A stretch of 64,000 nucleotides of DNA from the NCBI RefSeq assembly GCF_964355755.1, contig NC_092671.1:22704070-22768069 (forward strand). Reading direction: 5' to 3'. The position numbers were made by a program, and so were the translations under genes. This DNA comes from Antedon mediterranea (Eukaryota > Animalia > Echinodermata). The notes under the pieces are model-generated. The model ran no database searches. It was not told the DNA's origin and saw only the letters and a list, made by a program, of their open reading frames with translations. The first letter of the stretch is position 1. Each line of letters starts with the position of its first letter. This document shows, in pieces, positions 39,346 through 50,619 of this stretch.

Positions 39346-41064
39346 TGAGCAACTTAAATTTAAAATATACCAAGAAATATATATTGAAATCAAGGAGTAT
39401 TTTTTTTTTACAAAAGAAATGTTCGTATGTTAATACACTGTGCTCCAGTGGATCCAATTTGGCGCCAGTGGAGCAAAGGGAAATAGTCACATACAAAAAC
39501 TTTATTTATCGAATTCAAAAATATTTCAAACTTGGTATATAAGTTCAATATCGGTTACTCCATCCGTAATGCAAAAGAAAAATTAGTTTCAAGCCACATC
39601 AGTGATTTTAATAACTTGTGTTTGTCTAAGATAAATACTTATGAAAGAACATAAAATTCCAACACATTTTTTTAAACTTTAGCGATTAAAAAAAAGACAT
39701 ATGTTAAAAATATGAATTATGTAGTAACATTATTGAACGTGTAGTAACCTATTGAACGTAGGCTATACTACCAAATTTAAAATGTGTAGGACAATTATTT
39801 GATGACGATCAAAATTTAAAGTTTAAAAAATGTGTTGGAATTCTATGTTCTATCATAAATATACATTTTAAACGAACGAAAATTACTAAAATCACTGATA
39901 TGGCTTGAAACTATTTTTTCTTTTGCTTTACAGATGGAGTAACCGATATTGAACATATATACCAAGTTTGAAATATTTTTGAAATCCAGAAGTATTCTTT
40001 CTCGATGTTTTTGTATGTGACTATTTCCCTGTGCTCCAATTGGTGCCAAATTGGATCAACTGGAGCACAGTGTATTAACATACGAACATTTCTTTTGTAA
40101 AAAAAAATACACCTCGAATTCAATATATATTTCTTGGTATATTTTTTATTTTAGTTGCTCAATTTACAGGGAAAAATCGAATTCCTAACCGTTTTTTGTT
40201 GTAAAAATCATTATTAGAGTTTAATATATGTGTCGGAATTGTATGTTTTTTCATAAGTATTATCTTACGCAAGTTATTAAAATCACTGATGTGGCTTGAA
40301 ACTATTTTTTCTTTTGGTTTACGGATGGAGTAACCGATATTGAACAAATATACCAAGTTTGAAATATTTTTAAATTCCAGAAGTATTTTTTCTCGATGTT
40401 TTTGTATGTGACTTTTTCCCTGTGCTCCCATTGGTGCCAAATTGGGTCCACTTGAGCACAGTGTATTAAAATACGAAAAGATATTATAATTTAGTGACTT
40501 TTTTCTATTTTATATCACTGTGCTCACTGGCGCGCGCGCCAAATTAGGTCCACTTGAGCACAGTGTATTAACATACGAAAAGATATTAACATTCAGTGAC
40601 TTATTTCTATTTTATATCACTGTGCTCCACTGGCTCCAAATTGGGTCCACTTGAGCACAGTGTATTAACATACGAAAAAATATTAAAATTCAGTGACTTT
40701 TTTCTATTTTATATCACTGTGCTCCACTGGCTCCAAATTGGGTCCACTTGAGCACAGTGTATTAACATACGAAAAAATATTAAAATTCAGTGACTTTTTT
40801 CTATTTTATATCACTGTGCTCCACTGGCTCCAATTAATTAGGTCCACTTGAGCACAGTGTATTAACATACGAAAAGATATTAAAATTCAGTGACTTATTT
40901 CTATTTTATATCACTGTGCTCCACTGGCTCCAAATTGGGTCCACTTGAGCACAGTGTATTAACATACGAAATATTAAAATTCATTGACTTATTTTCATTT
41001 TATATCACTATGCTCCCAAGGCTCCAAATTGGGTCCACTTGAGCACAGTGTATTAACATTCGAA

Positions 41065-44000
41065 CGCCCTCTATAAAACCGGTGAAATTGTGTCTTGCGA
41101 CATTAGACCATCTATCTGTTCTGATCATCAAGCAATCTCTCTTAAAATTGTAAACCACCAAGCAGAAAAAGGTCCTGGACTTTGGAAAATTAATAACAGC
41201 ATTTTAAATGATAATGATTACAATGTAAACATAATCAGAATAATTACAAATGTAAAAAATAATGAAAATAATCTTAGCCCGGACCTCCTCTGGGAATACC
41301 TAAAAGTTAAGATCAAAACATTTTCTAGCACATATTGTAAACAAAAGAAACAAAAAAGACAAGTTAATAAAGAAGAATTGTTCAAAAAAGTCAAAGAATT
41401 AACAAATAAACTTGATATTGCATATGATGATGAAACAAATATCCAATTAAGCAACATCCAGAAAGAGCTTAATGATATATATTCAATTGAAGCACACGGT
41501 GCCCAAATTAGATCCCGATTGGACTGGTTTGAAAAGGGAGAAAAAAACACTAAATTCTTTTTAGGATTAGAAAAATCCAACGCAAAAAGAAAACACATTA
41601 CTTCAGTATTAAAAAGTAATGGAAAATACACATCAGACACATCTGAAATTATAAAGGAAGAAGTAAGTTTCTTCAGACAGCTATATGCAAAAAAAAATAT
41701 CCCTGATCATAAAATTAATGAGTACTTACATAGATCAAATGTAAGCAAACTTTCAATTGATGACTATACTAAATGTGAGGGATTATTATCAGTTGATGAA
41801 TGCACAAATGCTGTTTTAAAAATGCACCTTAATAAAAGCCCAGGATCTGATGGCTTGAGTGTTGAATTTTACAGAAAGTTTTGGGACCATATAAAAGAAA
41901 TGCTGTGTACAGCTCTGAACTATAATTATCACAACATACTTTCAAATTCACAAAGGAGAGGTATAATTCAATTACTTTTCAAAAGTGGACAAAGAGAGAA
42001 GTTAGAAAACTGGCGACCTATCACACTCATTAATGTAGATTATAAGATATTAGCTCATGTTCTATCAATCAGATTACAAAAAGTAATATCAACTATTATA
42101 CATTCTGATCAAAAAGGTTACATTACTGGAAGATTTGGTGGTGAAAACATAAGACTTGTAGAAGATATACTTTATTTTACTAATATCAAAAACAAACCCG
42201 GCGCCTTAATTTTCCTCGATTTTGCAAAAGCGTTTGATTCGGTAAACAGAAATTTAATGTTAAAAACCCTAACAAAATTTAGATTTGGTCCTTCTTTTAT
42301 TAAATGGATTAAAGTAATATATACTGATACAGAAAGTATAATGGTAAATAATGGTTGGATGTCGGAAAGCATTAATATGGAACGTGGAATAAGACAAGGG
42401 TGTCCTTTATCGGCCTTGTTATTTATATTGGTAGTTGAATTGATGGCCTGTAACATACGGAACAATCCCCTATGTAAAGGAATTGAATTGCCAAAAATAA
42501 ATGATGAAGAATGTACTGTTAAGATAGCTCAGCTTGCAGACGATACTATCATCTTTACAAAAGATAAAGAATCGTTAATCTGCTTTTTACATGAGATTGA
42601 GCTATTCTGTAGAATATCAGGTTTAAGATTGAACAAAGGAAAAACAAATGGTATGTGGATTGGTGCGAGTAAACATAATATGTCAGAACCATGTAATATT
42701 GCATGGACAAAGAAACCTGTAAAGTTTCTAGGAATTTATGTTGGATACGATAACAAATTATGTGAAAAGAAAAACTGGGACGATAAGATTATTTCTTTAG
42801 AAAATATCTTAAGATTATGGAAAAGAAGAAATCTTACGTTCTTTGGAAAAATTATTATAATTAAAACCCTAGCCATATCTAAACTAATATACAATGCTAG
42901 CATTATAACCGTACCAAAATATATCTTGCCCAAGGTGGAAAAGATAATATATAGTTTTATGTGGAGTGGTAGACGAGAAAAGATTAAAAGAACCACACTC
43001 AATAGAAAAACCGATAAAGGTGGTTTAAATATGATTAATTTGAATGCAAAAGTCAAAGCATTGAAGTTAAACTGGGTTAAGCGACTCCTTAGCCCAGATC
43101 CAGGAAAATGGAAATGTATACCGGGTTATTTTATGCACCCTATTAAGTATACTGTTAATATCACTCAAATTAACAATGAAGAGCATTCTGATCTAAAACT
43201 ATTGCTTGTTTTCTATAGAGAAATGTTAATTGCTATAGTTAATATTAACAACTTTAACTGGTCTGACCCACAAAACATTGAAGACGTTAAAAACCAACAA
43301 TTGTGGGAAAATAAATGTATACAGTTAAATGGAAAGTCAATCTATTTCAAAGTTTGGCTTGATGCAGGCTTTAGAACAATGAATGACATAATTAAGGAGA
43401 ATATATTATTACCAATGAATGAAGTGTTACCATTACTATCACAGAAACAAAATGGATTAATTGAATATATAGGGCTAATGAATGCTATACCACAATCATG
43501 GAAGGAAATTATTTTGAATGGTGAACATGTAAATAATCAAACAAACACCGATTGCTTTTGGCTTCATACAAAACAACTTAATGCAAAACTATTTTATAAT
43601 TTATTTGTGGAAAATATAATATCAACTCCTATAGCACAAGAAAAATGGGAGATAGAATTTCAAAATTACACTTTTGCATGGGATACCGTATGGTATAACA
43701 ATGTGTTTTCTATGACACATATCACAAAAGTCGCGCAATTCAATTTCAAACTACTACATCGTATTCTTGCGTGTAAAAGTAAGTTAAAAATTTGGAAACT
43801 TTCAATAAATGACATATGTGAAAGATGTAATAGTGAAATTGAAAATGAAAAACATTTGTTATTTTCATGTAATAAGATTAAACCCATATGGATTGTATTT
43901 AAGTTTTTGATCTCAAACTGTTTTGTACAAAAGATTGATATAACCTGGCGTAATATTGTTAAAGGATCGGAAACGAAAACTGTAAATGAACTTATTTCAA

Positions 44001-45075
44001 TATTTACTTTTTGCATCTATAAATCGTGTTTAGTAATAAGAAAAGAAAAGAAACAAAATCAGGAATCAAAAATAATTTGGAGATTATTTTACTATGAATT
44101 AAAGCATTTATTAACAAATGAATTTATGAATAATTTACATAAGGCTCAGAAGAAATGGACGAATAACCTAAAAGATAAATTATTAAAACTATCTAAAGAC
44201 TTGATGTTAATAATTTAATTATTTTATCGATTCCTTTTTCTTTCTTACCTTATCATAATGGACACAAATCCTGCATATCAACGTAAAATCTGTTTATAAG
44301 CATCACATACAGTATACCTTTTTAAGATGACAATAGTTCAAATACATGTAGCATGTCAATATAATCTGTATGTATTGGTATTTGTTTAACATATATATCT
44401 TTCTATATTTGCATCATTTTATATCGTATACATGTCAATTTAATCTATAGGTATGTGTATTTGTTCAATATATATACTTCTATACTACTATAATATGTTA
44501 TACCGTAAATACAAATTGTAAGTAGTAGTTGTACTAAGATGACATCGGGTATGAAGCGTCTCACATACACACAGAGCCAAAATTGCATCTTGGACTTGCA
44601 CCGTGTATGGACTCTAACCTTACGGTTTCCATTAAATATACCATTTCATGCTATCATTCTAAATAACTAACTTTCAACCTACTGCATTCCTCTTTTTTTC
44701 ATACCATCCATCTTATCTTGGTGAAAAGGGAGGATACTACATTTTCCTCCCCTGAGTTTATAGCCTCTCTACTCGAACACAAACTCGAACACAAATAAGA
44801 TCACAAATAAGATAGTTTAACAAGACAATTTTAATCATGTATTTTACCGCCATTTTTCATTTCTACATTTTAATTAACATCGTATCTAAAATTTTAAATG
44901 AGAAAATATATGGTTAATATAATGAATTCTGGCATCTTATTATGTAAATATACCGGTATTTTAACTACTCTAAACACTTACTTTTAATTGTCACAAATGT
45001 ACTTATATGTATATAATATATTCATCAATGAGAATTTAAATAAACGTGAGAAGAACTCACACAAGACAAAAAAAA
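41065..45075 (+). mobile_element. 5'-truncated L1/Tx1-clade LINE
   Basis: Uninterrupted ORF2, ~850-bp 3' UTR, AATAAA at 45039, poly(A) from 45068, TSD AACAT(T/A)CGAA (41055-41064, 45076-45085). Confidence 0.92.
41090..44218 (+). CDS. Tx1-like ORF2: end of AP endonuclease, RT, C-terminal CCHC zinc finger; N-terminally truncated
   Basis: SDHQAI, GPGLWKINNSIL, EKGEKNTKFF, KSPGSDGL, NWRPITLIN.DYKI, GIRQGCPLS, QLADD, CERC..EIENEKHLLFSC; 1042 codons without a stop. Confidence 0.9.
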   Translation: MSCDIRPSICSDHQAISLKIVNHQAEKGPGLWKINNSILNDNDYNVNIIRIITNVKNNENNLSPDLLWEYLKVKIKTFSSTYCKQKKQKRQVNKEELFKKVKELTNKLDIAYDDETNIQLSNIQKELNDIYSIEAHGAQIRSRLDWFEKGEKNTKFFLGLEKSNAKRKHITSVLKSNGKYTSDTSEIIKEEVSFFRQLYAKKNIPDHKINEYLHRSNVSKLSIDDYTKCEGLLSVDECTNAVLKMHLNKSPGSDGLSVEFYRKFWDHIKEMLCTALNYNYHNILSNSQRRGIIQLLFKSGQREKLENWRPITLINVDYKILAHVLSIRLQKVISTIIHSDQKGYITGRFGGENIRLVEDILYFTNIKNKPGALIFLDFAKAFDSVNRNLMLKTLTKFRFGPSFIKWIKVIYTDTESIMVNNGWMSESINMERGIRQGCPLSALLFILVVELMACNIRNNPLCKGIELPKINDEECTVKIAQLADDTIIFTKDKESLICFLHEIELFCRISGLRLNKGKTNGMWIGASKHNMSEPCNIAWTKKPVKFLGIYVGYDNKLCEKKNWDDKIISLENILRLWKRRNLTFFGKIIIIKTLAISKLIYNASIITVPKYILPKVEKIIYSFMWSGRREKIKRTTLNRKTDKGGLNMINLNAKVKALKLNWVKRLLSPDPGKWKCIPGYFMHPIKYTVNITQINNEEHSDLKLLLVFYREMLIAIVNINNFNWSDPQNIEDVKNQQLWENKCIQLNGKSIYFKVWLDAGFRTMNDIIKENILLPMNEVLPLLSQKQNGLIEYIGLMNAIPQSWKEIILNGEHVNNQTNTDCFWLHTKQLNAKLFYNLFVENIISTPIAQEKWEIEFQNYTFAWDTVWYNNVFSMTHITKVAQFNFKLLHRILACKSKLKIWKLSINDICERCNSEIENEKHLLFSCNKIKPIWIVFKFLISNCFVQKIDITWRNIVKGSETKTVNELISIFTFCIYKSCLVIRKEKKQNQESKIIWRLFYYELKHLLTNEFMNNLHKAQKKWTNNLKDKLLKLSKDLMLII

Positions 45076-45457
45076 AACATACGAAAAGGTATTAAAATTA
45101 GTGACTTTTTTTTCCACCGGTGCTAAATTTGGTCCACTGGAGCAGCTACCGTAGTACTATTTCTATTTCAGAAGTAAATAAAGGCATAAATGGCGCTCCG
45201 TAGAAGTAGAGAATGCTTGATCGTCGAAATGACGCTCTGAATATACCTCTCAAATGGCGATATTTCTGTATTTTTTCAATCAATTGCTTGCTTGCGAGTA
45301 TTATATACGGTATGGTTTAAAGATCTTTGGTTATGTTCGGCTTCGGGATGTTATATCATCCAATTGATTGAAAAAATACAGAAATATCGCCATTTGATAC
45401 TACTGAATGTGTCGACACGAACCATGGAGTACTCCATGACACAAACAAACGAACAGA

Positions 45458-48400
45458 TAATAATAATAATAATAATAATTTATTTGGAGATTACACTTTT
45501 ACAACAGTGGCACTCGACCAAATGGAAGGTGCATCCAAGAGAAATATACAAAAAAAAAAAAACATGATATAGAAAATAACAATTACAATAAAAAGTCGAC
45601 GTAGGTCAACATGTCAAAACAATTCAACTACAGTAACTACAATACCATTGAACTGACACCTAAAAATACAAAATTACAAGAAATAAACATATAGAATAGG
45701 TAGGAACTGTACAATATAAAATGAATTGGGCAACAACAATGTAGACCTAACACTATAATGAGATAGATATCAATCATTTAGTGAGATAGATATCAATCAT
45801 TTAGTTTGATAATGATAGTAGTTATCAGTTCCACCTAATACAAGATTTAATTTGGTGTTCAGGTCACCAGAGATAAAATTTTCCCATACATCTAAATGAT
45901 TGATATCGATTAACATATATTCTAATTTGGTATATTCTTCAATCCTTATGCCATTGAGTTGGTTACATGTGAATAGAAAATGTTGAATGTCCTCTAAACC
46001 ATTCTTACACATTTTACAGATACCATCATATTCAGGAAGCCACTTACAACTCCTGTGACCTAAAGGAAGGGTGTTAGAACGTAGTTTGAATTTGAGGCTA
46101 GATCCTAGAAAGTCTGTACAATCCAATAAATATTTTTCAAGGCACGGATTAGACTTAATAAGAGAGTATGTCTGAAGTGACGATTTTCTTAGCATTTCAC
46201 TTTTCCAAAATGCAATGTTTGTGTCATGCATCAACTCTTTAAATCTCTTAACCCAATGACTATCAGGGTCATTGCCAAGGTAGGAAGTTTCGAAAATTGA
46301 GTCAATGTCCATATTAATAGACGCACACGTCTTAGCAAAACTGGGAATCAGTTTATAGCGTGGTTCTACATTTGTAGTTGAAATTAGACACGTATTAAGC
46401 ATAAAGTTAGGCCAACGGTGTTTATCCATGTTCATTACATAATTAATAAATTTGGCTCTAGATATATCTTGAATAACTTTAATTGGAACCCACCCTAAAT
46501 CCCCATACAAGGCCTCTTTAGGTGTATTTCTACTAGCTTTTAAGATGTACCGCGCCATTTGTAATTGAAGTGACTCAATTTTATCAATATCTTTCCTGCT
46601 TTGGCTAACCCACACTGAACAAGCATAATTTATTGTAGGAAGAGCAATTGTTTTCCTTAGAATGTCACCATAGAAAATTCTACTAAAATTATCAAATCGG
46701 TCTATAATTGACTTAATATAAGCAATGACTCTATTGCCTTTATTGATGATTTTGTCGATGTGAAAATGATCTGAAATATTTCTTGATATGTAAGTACCAA
46801 CCTCAGAAATATATTGATCGCCCAATTTCCACATCTTATTGTTTATGCGCTGTCCAACAATAAGGACCTTCGACTTTTCATGATTAAAATTTAATTTCCA
46901 TGACTTTGCAAATTTAGATGCTAGATTGAGCATCTCACTCAGATCATTTTCATTGTTTGCCATAAGTACAACGTCGTCTGCCCAAAAAAGGCTACCCATG
47001 CATACATTATAAATACGAACACCTAGATCATGTTTTTTGAGTAATTTGGTAAACTCGTGCATAAGAATACAAAACAAAGTCGGTGATAAAACACATCCCT
47101 GTTTAACTCCTCCATCAATATTAAAGAATTTAGTGTCTATTTTACCAAATCTTACTTTACCTTGCACATCGTGATATAAACTATCGATTAATTTCCATAG
47201 CCTACCTCTAATCCCAATATTCCATGCTGCCATTAGCATTCCTTCCCTCCAAACCGTATCAAATGCTTTTTTAAAATCTAAGAAAGCCATGAAGGTTTTT
47301 TTCCCTTCAAGCAGACGACAGGAAGCTATGCTTTTGAGGGTAAATATGTGATCCTCACATCGTCGCGAAGGTCTAAACCCTCCCTGTACTTCTGACAACA
47401 CATTTTTATCTTCCAGAAAGTCAGAAATATTGTTTGAAATGATTCGGTTAAATATTTTCGAGATACATGGAGTAAGAGAAATCCCCCTGTAGTTATTAAG
47501 ATCCCTGCGGTCCCCCTTTTTATGAACGGGTACAATAATACTTTTATTCCAGTCATTTGGAACTTTTTCTAAAGCAATTATTCTATTAAATAAAGAAAGG
47601 ATTGACATATTCAAACATTGACCACCATTTTTTAAAATTTCATTAGTGATCGTGTCAATTCCAGGTGATTTATTGTTCTTTGACCTTAAAATTGCGGTTT
47701 CAACAATATCTAAATTCAATTCAACATCTGAGAGAAATTCATCATTGTCGTTGTGGGCATTTTTTGTGGTTCTAATGTTATTAATAAAGGTATTAATTTG
47801 TTTAGTTCGTTCATCAATTTCGGCCAAATTAGTTTTACCTAATGTTTGCCAGTAATCAAGGGCTATTTGGTTCATTTCCTTTTCGTCGGAGACTATTTCA
47901 CTAGAATCTGGTCTTTTGATACAACTAACAGGCTGGTTACGATTACTGCCTTTTAACAGTTTCCAAAAATCGCTACAGTTACGTCCACCTTTGTTTGCCA
48001 ATTCAATAGACTTATTCACACGCATTTCAGTTATTTTAGTTTTAATCAGTTCTTTAGCATAAGACCGTTTCTCTTGGTAAGATTTCCATAAATCATCACC
48101 ATTCTTATTGGGGTCGAGACCCTTAGCCCATCTACGATGAAGACGCGATGCTTCCCTTCTATCTTTAATAGCCGCATCGACATTTTCATCAAACCAAGAG
48201 TTGCATTTAATGTTAACATTATTTTTCTTAATTCCTATACCCTTTGTCGCGGCCAATATAAGGTTATTTTTCCATGAATCCCAAAGACAATTAACATCAT
48301 TAAAGGAATCTGCATCCCATTCGCGAAACAATATCCGAATGTGTTGCTTAAACAAAGAAAAATCTTGATTCCTTTGGATATTCCAACATATTATGCTATT

Positions 48401-49680
48401 TTGATAATTAATATTTTTATGATAGATATTATTAATATATAATTTAAGGAGAAGGACATTGTGGTCACTCCCAAGACCCATCACCCTGTCGTCATCAATA
48501 ATAAATTCATTTACACAATTGAGTACACTATTAGAGCATAACATGTAATCAATTGTACTTTGCAAGTTATTCCTGAACCATTTAAAATTTCCCCGTACAA
48601 TGATCACTACAATTTAAAATAGCTAAGTTTGAATTGTCACGAAAATTCAATAGCCGTACACCATTAGAGTTTAAAACAGGATCCCCACCGATTCTGGCAT
48701 TCATATCCGACATCACAATAATTTTGGGATCAGTATTATCATCTTCAATACGTAAAATTTCAGCGAGAAGCTGGTTGTATAATTCGTCAGTCAGATTACT
48801 GTCAGAACCTTCAACAGGGAAATATGCAACAGCAACGAATAACGTTTCGTTTTGGTTACCATTATAGCATAATTTTAACCAAAACCTTTCGTAAACATCA
48901 GACATTGAATTAAAAACATCATCATCAAGAACAGTTATACAATCAGAGATGAATGCACCAATACCACAACCTCCTTTAATTTTCCTACTTTTACCAATCC
49001 AACGAAATCCGTTGACATAATCAATATTTACATTTCCCTTTAGAAATGTTTCTGCCACGCCAAAAACATGTATATTACAATCGTGTAAAAACTTTGAAAT
49101 TTCATGCAATTTAGGACGCAGTCTATTAACATTATTAAACGCAATATTTATGCTTACATTTTGGTCGCATGATACTTTGCGCCTTGGCCTATTGCCATGT
49201 CCACGTCTGTGACGTTTAAATTTAGTGTTTGCAACAGAATTGTGTTGAGTTGGTAAATCAGTAGTAATAGTTTCATATTCGTAATCTAAACTTGTAGACC
49301 TAGTAGTATAATTAATATCTTTGACAAAATTAAGATCTTTTGAAAATTTAGGGCTTAAATAGTTGGTTAAGCTTACATTGTTGTTGGCTGAATCCTATCT
49401 TTGACGCAAGTCTTGGTAGGTGTTTCGCCTCCATCCTTGTTGGCTATGCGAATTGTCAAATGTCATCTGACTCAGATTTCGTTGGCTACTAAGCGAATTA
49501 TCTAATGTCATTTGGCACAAAAAAGGTCGCGAACCATTAAAGGCTTTATGTCCGAATTCATGACAATCATTACATCTCACTGGATTATGATGGTGGCAGT
49601 CATTAGTTTCGTGGTTTTGTAGGCCGCATTTTTGGCATCTAGAGTGCCGAGTGATAAGCGGAGGTTGATACTGCCATCTT
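45458..49680 (-). mobile_element. APE-type non-LTR retrotransposon, near full length, clade uncertain
   Basis: ORF1 remnant with two zinc knuckles (CQKCGLQNHETNDC, CNDCHEFGH; 49540-49640); APE 48582-49150 (AETFL, DMNAR) frameshifted to 45797-48607 (SDHN, NYRGISL, GVKQGCVLSP, FWADD, CKMC..EDIQHFLFTC); (TTA)n tail at 45458-45480. Confidence 0.88.
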
Positions 49681-50619
49681 CTGCATTCGACTCGATTAGC
49701 ACACGAAAACCAGGTCAAAATGGCCCCTTTTTCAGCGGCGGGTAAGGTTTGACCGTATACAATGCAATGTGTGAAATGTAAAGCTTTCTTATGGCCCTCC
49801 CCATGCACATCTTCGCAACACGCTGCTTGGTTGGCCTATAGTGTTCGTTATAAGAAGACGAGATGTAATTATACGTCCATGGTTTAACCATGTAATGTAT
49901 AATATTTATTTCTTTTTAATTTATTTTTAATATGTCGAATGCAGTTTTAATGATGCACTCTTGGCGTTCCATATCTGTTCGTTTGTTCGTGTCGACACAT
50001 TCAGTATCAAATGGCGATATTTCTGTATTTTTTCAATCAATTGCTTGCTTGCGAGTATTATAATTATAAGGTATGGTTTAAAGATCTTTGGCTATGTTCG
50101 GCTTCGGGATGTTATACCACACTTAGGCCTAGGCTAGGCTAGGGGTTATCGGTTTCGTGTTATGGGTTGTCCAATTCTAGGTCGTCCAATTCGAGGTCGC
50201 CCGGGTCGTTGGGGTCGTCCAATTCGAGGTCGTCGCTTTCTACACACCCGGTCTGTGGCACTAGTGCAAGCTATAATTACTTTGCTCTGGGCATGTGCAA
50301 TAGCGTGTCGGATTCCCTAACGGTTTATAGAGTCAAGGCTCAGACATTTATACATAAAAACGACCATTCATTTTACACCCTAAAAATTCTCTATTAAAAT
50401 ACACTGTGACACAATCTATAAAGCAGCAGCACATGTTGTAGTATATGTCATCTTGAATTGATGACAAACACTATTATTATGAACAATTTTCAATGTAGGC
50501 CTTATATTTATATATTTGTAAAAAATAGTTATATCATGCCTGGAGTAATCTTTACTCTATGGTTATATTAATACTACTTACTAAATACTAGGCCTAGCTA
50601 GGCAGTCTTTTAATTAAAG

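Larger units (their letters stand above)
37829..45249. mobile_element. Foldback element with ~1.4-kb arms containing a 97-bp satellite; 7-bp TSD
   Basis: GAGGTATATTCAGAGCGTC / GACGCTCTGAATATACCTC ends; TCAAATG duplicated (37822-37828, 45250-45256); empty site AGTATCAAATGGCGATA at 50003-50019; symmetry centre about 39690-39805. Confidence 0.8.
34461..50250. mobile_element. Composite with ~590-bp terminal inverted repeats hosting several nested insertions
   Basis: 34461-34913 plus 37620-37760 is the reverse complement of 49681-50250 (CGGGTGTGTAGAAAGCGACGACCTCG ends, GACGACC subrepeats); extra internal copies at 37755-37828, 45257-45355 and 45360-45458; no TSD seen. Confidence 0.65.

Noticed and set aside
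36012-40440. Duplicated short ORFs (MRAELLLW.., MAPMGAQG..)
   Set aside because: By-products of the 85-bp and 97-bp repeats and foldback arms; no protein motif.
37940-41060. RAG recombination signals or Transib/ProtoRAG ends (many CACAGTG heptamers)
   Set aside because: No ACAAAAACC nonamer at 12 or 23 spacing, no 5-bp TSD, no RAG-like ORF; the heptamer is just part of the 97-bp unit.
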